Below are positions 20,080 through 29,344 of a DNA stretch of 64,000 bases, piece by piece. The notes under the pieces were generated by a model. That model was not told the DNA's origin. It ran no database searches and worked only from the letters and a program-made list of their open reading frames with translations. A program made the position numbers and the translations under genes. This DNA is from Blastocatellia bacterium (lineage in GTDB: Bacteria > Acidobacteriota > Blastocatellia > UBA7656 > JADIYM01). The DNA lies in assembly GCA_016705245.1 (NCBI GenBank), contig JADIYM010000004.1:175167-239166 (forward strand), written 5' to 3'. How positions within the stretch are numbered: the first letter of the stretch is position 1; every line of letters starts with the position of its first letter.

Positions 20080-20973
20080 TCACCGCACCGAAATGTCAAT
20101 GTCGAAGTAGGCCTCGGTCGAGTCCGCACCCGTGGTCGACTCGATGGCGATGGTAACGTCGCCTGACTCCGGCAATAGTCCGGACCATTGCTCGTTGGGC
20201 CGAAGTGTCATAAGCCGCTTCCCGCTCGCCGTGGTGATTTTCACCGTCGATCGGGCGTCCTTCGAGGCAAACGCCACGTCGAGCGTCTGATTCGCGCGCA
20301 CGCCCAGCACGTAGCGTTCGCCGCCGTTCGTCGAGCCCGACAACGCCGCCGATGACGTTCCCTTCAGGAATCGGACGCGCATCGGCCCCGGAGTGCTCTC
20401 GCGCGTCAGCGACAGGAAGATGCGACGAACCGGTCTGCCTGTCTCGACGAACCGCTTGCCGTCGTATCGGAGGCGATAGCTCTCGACGTACTCCGGGCAG
20501 CATGCTCCGCTGCTCTCCTGGCCGTAGCGATCCACGACGAGCAGCCCATCGTCGATCCGGATCGCGTGGATGCCGCCATCCGCCCGATCGCCCATTCCGA
20601 GCGTCGCGACGGCGGCGGGTTTGCCGCCGCGCATCGTGAAGACGATGCCATCGGAGAACTGACCGGTCCCGCCCGTGTTGCAGATGGTCTGAACGACCGC
20701 CTCGTCAATGCCGTCGCGGGTCAGGTCACCATAGACCACTCTCTGAACCTCGAAATACATCGGATCCTCGGGGTCGGATCGCTCGTAGGTCCCGCCGGTG
20801 ACCTTGACCGTCGCTCCCTGCTCGACGCACGCAGGACTGTAGGTGTAGTTGCGGAAGTCGACGTTACGGATCGAACGCTGCGCGTCACCGACCTGCCCCG
20901 CTCCGGCCGCGGCACAGGCCGCGCACACCACGAGCATCGACAGCGACCAACGGAATAGCCTCGTGTTCGTCAA
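20080..20973 (-). CDS. hypothetical secreted protein
   Basis: Signal peptide MLVVCAACAAAGAG. No known motif. Confidence 0.5.
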   Translation of the reverse strand: MTNTRLFRWSLSMLVVCAACAAAGAGQVGDAQRSIRNVDFRNYTYSPACVEQGATVKVTGGTYERSDPEDPMYFEVQRVVYGDLTRDGIDEAVVQTICNTGGTGQFSDGIVFTMRGGKPAAVATLGMGDRADGGIHAIRIDDGLLVVDRYGQESSGACCPEYVESYRLRYDGKRFVETGRPVRRIFLSLTRESTPGPMRVRFLKGTSSAALSGSTNGGERYVLGVRANQTLDVAFASKDARSTVKITTASGKRLMTLRPNEQWSGLLPESGDVTIAIESTTGADSTEAYFDIDISVR

Positions 20974-20974
20974 A

Positions 20975-22891
20975 CTACAGGTCCTCCGTTACGTGGTCGT
21001 CAATGTTGACGTCCGCCTCGAACTTGAAGATGTGACGGCCGATGATGAACACATCGCCGTCGCCCAATGGTCGATTCGACGTCAGCCTCAGGAACGTGCC
21101 ATTCCGGCTGCCACAATCGACGACATAGCATTCGTCGCCGCGTCGCTCGATTCGCGCGTGAACGTCTGCCATCGCCGCGTCGTCCGCGAAGCAGATCTCG
21201 CCTTGCGTTCGACCGATCGTCGTCGCGGGCCGAGTCAACTCGTACGTCGCGGCCAGATCACCATTGTTGAGCTGCAATCGAAGCCGCGGCTGCTTTGTGA
21301 CCGGGTCGTGCTCGAATCTCAGAAGCTGCTGTCCCGCCAGGACGATGTCGTTTTCATGCAGTTTCGAATCTTCGCGAATGCGTAGGAACGTCCCGTTCCG
21401 GCTGCCGGCGTCGTCGAGCCAGTAACCGTCATCCGAGTACTGGACCTTCGCGTGGCGGCCCGACATGAACGCGTCCTGCCGGAAAATGTAGTCCCCGGCG
21501 GACCGTCCGAGTGTCGTGACTTTCGAACAAATCAACAGCATTCGCCCAGGCTCTTCGCCCTCGAGGACGAGCAGTCGCGCAAGCGGCATCGTCGCGTCGC
21601 CAGACAATGGCGTGCCCTCGGCCGTACGAAGCGGGTCCGAGTTGCGGCGAACCTCGGCGCGGCCGATGAACGGCGAGACCGGGCGCGTTGCATCCGGCCT
21701 GGAGTGGGCCAGATCGGACGGAAACGTCTCCTGATTGCGGTCGACCACCGTGACGGGCGCTGCAGGATTTACGGCGGCCGCCACCGGCATTACGACGGGC
21801 GCCGTCGGCGGCAGGTCGTGCTCCGGCTCACGCTGCTGAAACGGCGAGACGACATCGAGCGTTGAGGGACGCCGGTCCGACCGCAGCAACGAACCACAGT
21901 GCGGACAGAAGACCCTCGTCGCCTCGTTCGTGTTGCCGCACGTCCGACACACGATCGTCGCAGTGTCGGAGACGAACGCATCAACAGGCGTAGTTGGACC
22001 GTGGGCAAAACTGCCGAACGCGTCACCCGAGCCAATCGGCGAAGCGGACGTCAACGCCTCAGCGGCAGCGGGCAGCTTTCGGACGGGAGCCGTTGCGGTT
22101 CCCGCGGCAACGAGCTCGAGTCGCAGCTCGGCCGCCGAAGGCTGACGGTCCTCGGGACGCATCGCCATGGCGCGATCGATGACCGAGGCAAGCGGCTTCG
22201 AGATAACGCGCGACAGTTGGTCGAACGGATTGAACTCGACGCCACCTTTCGTCTGCTCGCGCTCATGCGGGCTCAACGGCCGCTGGCCGAGCAGCAGCTC
22301 GTACGCCGACGCCGCAAACGCGTAGAGGTCCGCGCGCACGTCGATCTCGCGCCCCTCCATCTGCTCGATTGGCGCGTACGGATAGGTCCATGCTAGAGAC
22401 TTGCCTGGCCCCTCGAGCGCCATCTTGAAATCCGTCACGAAGACGTTTCCACGAGCGGACATTTCGATCGAGCCAGGCGAGATGTTGGCGACGATCACCG
22501 GTGTCCGCAGTCCGTGAAGGTATTCGAGCAGATCGAGGATCGCGTCGAGCCACGGCAGCACGAGGATCGGCGCAAAGGGCTTGCGGTCGCGTTCGAGAAG
22601 GCTCGACATCGGCTCGGCCGGGATCTTGCGCTCGACGAGGTAGAACGCCTCACCGGCGGCGAACGCATCCGTGACTACGGGCATTGCCACGTGCTGACAA
22701 CCGTTGAGAATCCTGGCCTCTCGAACGAATGCCTCGCGGAAAGGACGGGGCTTCGACCGTTCGCATTCGCGGATGTGCACGTGCGTACCGAATCGCCCGT
22801 CGATCGCATCGTACGATCTCGCCGTACGGGTCAGACCTGCGAAGGCGACAATTCGGTATCGGTCGTGGAGGACTGCGTCCTGAGCGAGCAC
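20975..22891 (-). CDS. pseudokinase (degenerate Hanks kinase fold) + zinc ribbon + two FHA domains
   Basis: The kinase-like N-terminus lacks the VAIK lysine and the HRD catalytic aspartate (VIVANISPGSIEM replaces HRDLKPEN). CRTCGNTNEATRVFCPHCG zinc ribbon. Two FHA cores: GRSAGDYIFRQDAFMSGRHAKV...SRNGTFL and GRTQGEICFADDAAMADVHARI...SRNGTFL. Confidence 0.7.
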   Translation of the reverse strand: MLAQDAVLHDRYRIVAFAGLTRTARSYDAIDGRFGTHVHIRECERSKPRPFREAFVREARILNGCQHVAMPVVTDAFAAGEAFYLVERKIPAEPMSSLLERDRKPFAPILVLPWLDAILDLLEYLHGLRTPVIVANISPGSIEMSARGNVFVTDFKMALEGPGKSLAWTYPYAPIEQMEGREIDVRADLYAFAASAYELLLGQRPLSPHEREQTKGGVEFNPFDQLSRVISKPLASVIDRAMAMRPEDRQPSAAELRLELVAAGTATAPVRKLPAAAEALTSASPIGSGDAFGSFAHGPTTPVDAFVSDTATIVCRTCGNTNEATRVFCPHCGSLLRSDRRPSTLDVVSPFQQREPEHDLPPTAPVVMPVAAAVNPAAPVTVVDRNQETFPSDLAHSRPDATRPVSPFIGRAEVRRNSDPLRTAEGTPLSGDATMPLARLLVLEGEEPGRMLLICSKVTTLGRSAGDYIFRQDAFMSGRHAKVQYSDDGYWLDDAGSRNGTFLRIREDSKLHENDIVLAGQQLLRFEHDPVTKQPRLRLQLNNGDLAATYELTRPATTIGRTQGEICFADDAAMADVHARIERRGDECYVVDCGSRNGTFLRLTSNRPLGDGDVFIIGRHIFKFEADVNIDDHVTEDL

Positions 22892-22976
22892 CCGTGGCCT
22901 CCGAAAGTTCGTTCACTGCAGCAGCGGGTAGTGACTCTACCAAATGCTCAGAGGCGAGACTACGAAGACATCGCCG

Positions 22977-24083
22977 TCAACGCGGCGGAGGCGCCGCAAA
23001 GACCGACTCGGCGAGGAGCATCGTGAACCGCTCTGCGCCAGCGGCATTCAGGTGACCGACGTCGAACCGGAGCTCGGGATCGTAGAGCTCCGGGTATCTA
23101 TCCGGGTCGTTGAACGCCAGCACCGTGGCTCCGTCGATCTCGCGAGCGCGGCGGATCAACTCGGCTCGGGTCGAGAGACAAGGCGGGACAACGAGGATGA
23201 CGCGTGCCCCGGTGGCGCGGACCCGGTCAACGACGTTCCGGAGGAGCTCGATCTCGAAGTCGATGACACGCCCCTCGCCGTCTTCGTTCTCGACACCGGC
23301 GCGCAGCTCGGCGAGCTTCTCTTCGTAGCGGTCCTCCTCGAACGCACCGAACATGTCGCGACGCAGGGCAAAGACCTTTGCCTGCTCGTCGTCGAGCGAG
23401 ACGTAGCCGTCGGACAGCATTCCAAGCGGCGGCGCCTTCTCAGTGCCAGCGTCGTCGAGCAGTGGCGCACCGAGGAGGCCGCGGCCACGACCGATGAATG
23501 CGGCACGTCGAACGAAGGCCTCGATGTGCGACGCGACGTCCTTGATCTTCTTGCCGCGCGAGGTATCACCGGCTGCGACCCCGCGAATTGCCGCAAGCGT
23601 GCCCGCGGCATCGTGCCACGCGTCGAATCGGCGCGTATGCAAGTTGGCCGGACGGACTCGAGAGTGCAGCGAATCGAGCTCGATGAAGACGAACCGGAAG
23701 CGATGATCGCCGGATGCGAGAGCCCGGTCGACAAGCCAGTACGTCTCGGGCGGATCCATTCCCGGTATGCCCATGTTGAACGAGGAAGTCGGCGCCCCGG
23801 CCCCGGCGGCGAAGGAATCGAATCGGGCCGGAACGAACTCGCGATAGACGTAGCTCGAGCCAATGAAGACGGCGTCGTAACGCGCCGGGTTCGCTTTCAG
23901 GTGCGCCAGCTTCTCGCCAATCACCGGGACGTCGCCCTGAACGTCTAGCGCGTGCAGCACTCCGAGTGCCGCCAACACGAGGGCGAGCACGATCGCAAGT
24001 CGCGTGACGAACCGAACGAAGCTAGAACTGGAAGTAGATGAAGGCACGTTCGTCGAACCGTCCGAAAAGAAGAATGACCACAA
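22977..24083 (-). CDS. membrane-anchored periplasmic accessory protein partnered with the MBOAT (AlgX/AlgJ/DltD/PatB-like, SGNH-type; tentative)
   Basis: N-terminal TM anchor LAIVLALVLAALGVL. Directly downstream of, and overlapping, the MBOAT gene. Homology is inferred mainly from context. Confidence 0.45.
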   Translation of the reverse strand: MWSFFFSDGSTNVPSSTSSSSFVRFVTRLAIVLALVLAALGVLHALDVQGDVPVIGEKLAHLKANPARYDAVFIGSSYVYREFVPARFDSFAAGAGAPTSSFNMGIPGMDPPETYWLVDRALASGDHRFRFVFIELDSLHSRVRPANLHTRRFDAWHDAAGTLAAIRGVAAGDTSRGKKIKDVASHIEAFVRRAAFIGRGRGLLGAPLLDDAGTEKAPPLGMLSDGYVSLDDEQAKVFALRRDMFGAFEEDRYEEKLAELRAGVENEDGEGRVIDFEIELLRNVVDRVRATGARVILVVPPCLSTRAELIRRAREIDGATVLAFNDPDRYPELYDPELRFDVGHLNAAGAERFTMLLAESVFAAPPPR

Positions 24084-25571
24084 TGAGCGCGGCGTACAAC
24101 GCGAGTCGCGCGAGATCGGGCAGCTTTCCGAGCCAGGCAGGCACGCTGCCGCGCTCCTGAACGAGCTGCACCGCCTCGAGCAGAATGACGAAAGCGACGG
24201 TCAGCGCGAGCTCGATCCCGTCGAATCCAGGGACCGCGATAGGCTGCGCGGCGTCCGCCCAACTCGCAATCCGCATTATGACCGCGCTCGCGTCGCCGAC
24301 CGACTCAGCGCGGAAGAAGATCCATGCGAACGTCACCAGGTGGAACGTCGCGAGTCCGGCGACGAGCGGCCGCAGTCGAGCTGTCGCCGTGCCGGCCGCG
24401 GACCATGCCCTCTCGCGCAGACTGGATGAAGCGAGAGCCGCCACCATGAACCCGCCGTGCAGCGCTCCCCAAACCAGGTAAGTCCAGTTTGCCCCGTGCC
24501 AGAAACCGCTGACCGTGAAGACGATCATGAGATTCGCAGCGAGCCGCCACGCGCCGACCCTGCTGCCGCCGAGCGGTATGAACACGTAATCGCGAAACCA
24601 CGTCGAGAGCGAAATGTGCCATCGCCGCCAGAAGGCGCGAATCGAGGTTGCGAAGTAGGGCCGCTCGAAATTTCGCGTCAGGTCGAATCCGAGGACTCGA
24701 GCGGCACCGACGGCGATATCCGAGTACCCCGAGAAGTCGCAGTAGATCTGATAGGCGAAACAGTACGTTGCCACCGTCAGTCGCAAGCCGGATTGCGACG
24801 ATGGATCGTCGTAGACGGCATTCACGAAAACCGCCAGCCGGTCGGCGATCACGAGCTTCTTGAAGAAGCCCCACAACATGAGCCGGAGGCCCGACGCCGC
24901 CATCGCCGGATCGAATCGATGCTCGACGAGGAATTGCGGCAGAAGGTGTGCCGCTCGCTCGATCGGGCCGGCAACAAGCTGCGGAAAGAAGGCAATGAAG
25001 AGTGCGAAGCGTCCGAGATGACGCTCGGGCTCGCGCTCGCGACGGTAGATGTCGATCGTGTAGTTGAGAGCCTGGAACGTGTGGAACGAAATGCCGATCG
25101 GCAGAATGACGTCGAGATCGGGAATGCCATAAAGCACGTCGAACGACTCGGTGACCGAACGGAGCGTGTCGTTGACGAAGTTGAAGTACTTGAAGAAAAA
25201 GAGCAGTCCGAGATTGGACGCCAGACTGATGCCGAGGAAGAGCCGGCGGCGGGCCTCCGTCGATGCCCCGGCAATCACCCGCCCGGCAATGTAGTCTACG
25301 ATCGTGAGCAGCCAGATGACCGCTACGTAAGCGGGCTTCCAGCTTTATCAAAGTAGTAGGAGGCGACGAGCAGCCACGCCCATCGCACGCGGTGCGGGAT
25401 CAGGAAATAGACCACCGCGACGATCGGGAAGTAGACGAGAAAGTGGAGTGAGTTGAAGAGCACGAGATCGTGTGGTCTGGCGACGGGGGCGCTGCCCCGC
25501 GTGGATTCTCGCCGCGAACGCCGATCAGGCCAAGGGCGCATCAGAACCGCGAGCGGTAGCGACCGTCCCAC
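24022..25571 (-). CDS. MBOAT-family membrane O-acyltransferase (AlgI/DltB/PatA-like) with a 1-nt frameshift near 25345-25352
   Basis: N-terminal piece LHFLVYFPIVAVVYFLIPHRVRWAWLLVASYYF (frame 1, stop at 25323). Continues as SWKPAYVAVIWLLTIVDYIAGRVIAGAS...HTFQALNYTIDIYRRE...FPQLVAGPIERA (frame 2). The junction is at gataaagc (A-run). Confidence 0.75.
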
Positions 25572-25835
25572 GGACGGTGCCTGAAATCGCAGACTCGTCG
25601 TTGCGAAAGGACAGAAGTGACCGGAACCGTTCGACCGTCCGTGGGACGCTCGCTACCGCTCGCGGCTCATAAAACGGGGATCACCCGCATCGTGCACTAC
25701 CAGGCAGGACGCTCCGCCGGTCCCCGTTCCTCGTCCCCGTTTTTCGAGCAGCGAGCGGTAGCGAGCGTCCCACGGACAGTGCCTGAAACCGCCAGCGCCC
25801 TACTCATCGACGCAGCCTCGCCCGGCAAAACCTCT
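25500..25835. mobile_element. MITE/REP-like composite repeat copy (full type-I unit plus type-II segment plus extra left TIR)
   Basis: gaaccgcgagcggtagcgaccgtcccacggacggtgcctgaaatcgcagactcgtcgttgcgaaaggacag...ccgtccgtgggacgctcgctaccgctcgcggctca, then gatcacccgcatcgtgcactaccaggcagg. Confidence 0.75.
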
Positions 25836-25842
25836 CAGTCTC

Positions 25843-27228
25843 TCAGCTCGTCAGGTTCTCCACATCGCGGTACTCCGGCACGATCGCAGTCCATCCAAGT
25901 TCCCTTTCGATTCGCTTTCGAAGTCCCTCGGCCTGATCCGGCTCTCCGTGGGTGATGAACACGCGTCTCGGTTTCCCGTGAAAGCCGCGCAGCCACGCCA
26001 TCAATTCGTCGGTGTCGGCGTGTGCCGAAAGATTCGACACGGATCGAACCTCCGCACGCACGGGCACCAACTCGCCATGGATCTTCAATTCGGACGTTCC
26101 CGACACAAAGTCCGCGCCTCGCGTGCCGCCCGCCTGGTATCCAACGAATACGATCGAGTTCGCCGGATTCGGGGCGAGGGAGTGCAGGTGGTGAAGTACA
26201 CGACCGCCCGTGGCCATGCCGCTCGCCGAAATGATGACCTTCGGACGGTCGTCCGCCGAGAGTCGCTTCGAGTCTTCGACGGAGTTGATGTAGCGGGCTA
26301 CCCCGCACATGGAGGACGCTTCGCTGGCTGTCAGGCGATGTTGTCCCTCGGAGCGGACGAACAACTCCGTCGCGTTGACGGCCATCGGCGAGTCGAGAAA
26401 GACCGGAACGTCCGGAATTGCGCCCTTCGTCTTGAGCTGCGACAGAAACCAGAGAACCGATTGCGCGCGGCCGACGGCGAACGCCGGAATCAGCACCGTT
26501 CCACCGCGCTTCACGGTGTCGCGCACGATGTCGCCCAGCTCAACCATCGGATCGGTTTTCGGGTGACGCCGTATTCCATATGTAGATTCGACGACGAGAT
26601 AGTCGGCAGCCTCGATCGCCGACGGGGCGTTCATCAGCGGATCGTTGATGCGACCGACATCTCCCGAAAAGACCACGGTGGTTGTCTGACCGTCGTTCGA
26701 TACATCGTGCGATCGCTCGAAGACCGCGTGCCCCGCCCCGAGAATGTGGCCGGCGGGCACGAGCTTCACGCGCAACTCGCCTGTCAGTTCGAGCCACTCG
26801 CCGAACCGGATCGCCTGGAGCCGGTCTAACGCGCGTTCCGCGTCCTCAGTCGTATACAGCGGCTCTGCCGGGTGGTGTTTCGAATACCCACGCCGGTTTG
26901 CATAACGCGCCTCCTCTTCCTGCAGCTTCGCCGCATCGGGCAGCAGGATTCGACAGAGGTCACGGGTCGATTCGGAGCAGTAGACGGGACCCGAAAAGCC
27001 GTTCCTCACAAAAAGCGGCAGGTAGCCGCTGTGATCGATGTGCGCGTGAGTCAACACGACCGAGTCTACGGTCGACGGATAGATCGGCAGGTCGGCACGA
27101 TTCCGCAACCGGAGTTGCTTGTAGCCCTGAAAGAGGCCGCAGTCGACCATGACGCGGGTATCACCATCGACGAGAACGTGCTTCGAACCCGTGACGGTTC
27201 CGTTTGCTCCCAGAAACATGATCTGCAT
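25843..27228 (-). CDS. MBL-fold beta-CASP family RNA-processing hydrolase
   Basis: VLTHAHIDHSGYLP metal motif plus beta-CASP and C-terminal RNA-specificity regions. 461 aa. Confidence 0.8.
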   Translation of the reverse strand: MQIMFLGANGTVTGSKHVLVDGDTRVMVDCGLFQGYKQLRLRNRADLPIYPSTVDSVVLTHAHIDHSGYLPLFVRNGFSGPVYCSESTRDLCRILLPDAAKLQEEEARYANRRGYSKHHPAEPLYTTEDAERALDRLQAIRFGEWLELTGELRVKLVPAGHILGAGHAVFERSHDVSNDGQTTTVVFSGDVGRINDPLMNAPSAIEAADYLVVESTYGIRRHPKTDPMVELGDIVRDTVKRGGTVLIPAFAVGRAQSVLWFLSQLKTKGAIPDVPVFLDSPMAVNATELFVRSEGQHRLTASEASSMCGVARYINSVEDSKRLSADDRPKVIISASGMATGGRVLHHLHSLAPNPANSIVFVGYQAGGTRGADFVSGTSELKIHGELVPVRAEVRSVSNLSAHADTDELMAWLRGFHGKPRRVFITHGEPDQAEGLRKRIERELGWTAIVPEYRDVENLTS

Positions 27229-27354
27229 CGGGCTCCCTCCAATGTCGAGGGCGTCCTCTCCGGACGCCTCGCTGGTCTCGCTTCACGATCGAGAGTGGCG
27301 CTGACCGGCTCCGAGTGGGTCAATCTTAGACGCTCAAGGGATTGTATTAAACGA

Positions 27355-27430
27355 CAGAGCCGGCGCGATTGCCGTACGCATTCAGTACCGTGCGCGGTAG
27401 CGCACGGGTCACACTCCTGGCACGGACAGC
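27355..27430. repeat. short degenerate copy of the MITE/REP-like inverted repeat
   Basis: cagtaccgtgcgcggtagcgcacgggtcac ... ccggcatcagt. Confidence 0.4.
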
Positions 27431-27435
27431 CGGCA

Positions 27436-28290
27436 TCAGTCTTCCTCACCGGTCGCTATCGGCCGGCCGGGCTCCGAGATCCATTCACTCCACGAGCCCG
27501 CATAGAGCTTCGCGCCGGTTAGCCCGGCGTGAGCCATGGCAAGCAGATTCTGGCACGCCGTGACGCCGGAACCGCAGTAAGCAACCGTCGCTTCCGGAGT
27601 CACCGCACCGAGGACGTGTCGGAAGTCTACGGCGAGCTCGGACGCAGGCCGCATCGTCCCGTCCTCACGAACGTTCAATTTGAAGAACCGATTGCGCGCG
27701 CCCGGAATGTGTCCGCCCACCGGATCGATCGTCTCGTTTTCGCCCCGGAAGCGATCGGGTGCCCGCGAATCGAGCAGCAGCCGAGACGGATCCCCGCGCA
27801 TCGCGCCGACGTCGGCGGCGCTGGCCAGCATCTCGTGCCGGGGCGATGCCACGAACTCGACCGGCGTCGGCGCCGGGGCGTCCGTCGAGACGGCGCGTTG
27901 CTCCGAAATCCACTTCGTCACGCCGCCGTCGAGCACTGCCACCCGCTCGTGTCCCAGGAACTTCAGCATCCACCAGAGGCGCGACGCATACATTCCATCC
28001 GCGTCGTCATAGGCGACGACGTGCGACGCACTCGAGATACCCAGTCTCCCGAGCGTCGTCGCGATCGTTTCGACATCCGGCAGCGGGTGCCTTCCGCGCC
28101 CGCCGCCCGGCGGGTCCGAAAGGTCCCGGTTGAGATCGGCGTAGACCGCGCCCGGAATGTGACCGGCCGCATATGCGTTCCGCCCGTAGTCCGCGTCGGC
28201 CAGTGACGATCGGACGTCGACGACGACGAGTGACGGCCGGCCAAGCAATTCTGCAAGCTCATTCGTGGAGAGGATGGTCGAGAAACTCAC
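27436..28290 (-). CDS. sseA: 3-mercaptopyruvate/thiosulfate sulfurtransferase (tandem rhodanese)
   Basis: Two rhodanese domains. Catalytic CGSGVTA cysteine loop. Probable GTG start near 28290 (VSFSTILSTNELAELLG). Confidence 0.8.
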   Translation of the reverse strand: MSFSTILSTNELAELLGRPSLVVVDVRSSLADADYGRNAYAAGHIPGAVYADLNRDLSDPPGGGRGRHPLPDVETIATTLGRLGISSASHVVAYDDADGMYASRLWWMLKFLGHERVAVLDGGVTKWISEQRAVSTDAPAPTPVEFVASPRHEMLASAADVGAMRGDPSRLLLDSRAPDRFRGENETIDPVGGHIPGARNRFFKLNVREDGTMRPASELAVDFRHVLGAVTPEATVAYCGSGVTACQNLLAMAHAGLTGAKLYAGSWSEWISEPGRPIATGEED

Positions 28291-28381
28291 GCGTCGGGTC
28301 CTCCTGACGTTGAACGACGAAGCATCATCGTCTACGCTGCGCGATACCGCGCGCAAGCGTCGCAGGGCCGAGGCGCGTGCG

Positions 28382-29250
28382 ATGATCCGTACAAAGAAGG
28401 GTATGCAGGGAAAAAACGTCGTCATCACGGGGGGAAACTCCGGCATCGGACTCGAAGCCGCCGTTGCGATTGCCTCCGCCGGAGCCTCCGTGTGGATCGT
28501 CTCGCGCGACGCGCGCAGGGAAGCTCGCGCGCGACTCCATTCGACGGCGGAGCGGACAATCGGCCGTCGAACTGTTCGTTGCTGACCTCTCTTCCCAGGC
28601 CGAAATCCACAAACTTGCAGACCGGATCGTCGCGGACGTGGGCCGCCTTGACGTGCTCGTCAACAACGCGGGACTCACGATCGGCGATCGCATCACGACT
28701 GTGGACGGACTCGAAACGACCTTCGCCGTCAACCATCTTGCCTATTTCCTGCTGACGGGCCGTCTCGTCGGCGCGCTCAAACAGAGCGCGCCATGTCGCA
28801 TCGTCAATGTCGCCTCACAGGCACATCAGCGCGGCACGATGCACTGGGACGACCTTCAAGGAGAGCGCGGTTACAGCGGATGGAGCGCATACTGTCAGTC
28901 AAAACTGGCGAATGTGCTCTTCACGTTCGAGCTGGCGAGACGGCTCGAGGGCACGGGCGTTACCGCGAACTGCCTTCATCCCGGGGTGGTCGCGACCAAC
29001 TTTGCGACCAAGGGGCCGGGCTTTATCCGCTGGGTCTTCAAGCTCCTGCGGCCCCGTCCTCACGACGCCTGAGGACGGCGCGAAGACGACCATCCATCTG
29101 GCAACGAGCGAAGACGTCGCTGGCGTAACCGGCGAGTACTTTGAGCGTTGCCGCGTGGCGCGCGCATCGGCGGAAGCTCGGAACCCTGACAACGCGCGGC
29201 GCCTGTGGGAGGTGAGCGAGCGGCTCACGGGTTTCTCCTGGCCCGGATAG
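28382..29250 (+). CDS. short-chain dehydrogenase/reductase (retinol-DH-like), interrupted by two 1-nt frameshifts
   Basis: TGGNSGIGLEAA Rossmann motif (frame 1), NNAG...YCQSK (frame 2), and the C-terminus LTTPEDGAKTTIHLATSEDVAGVTGEYFE (frame 3). Shifts are at ctcgcgcgcgac (about 28533-28544) and at the cccc run (29052-29055). Confidence 0.7.
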
Positions 29251-29344
29251 TGTAGGCACGCTTCGGCGTCGTGCCGCGCCAGCCGGTTCGATCTCGACAC
29301 AACGATTCCGCAGCCAATGATTCGATCGAAAAGGACTCCAGTTC

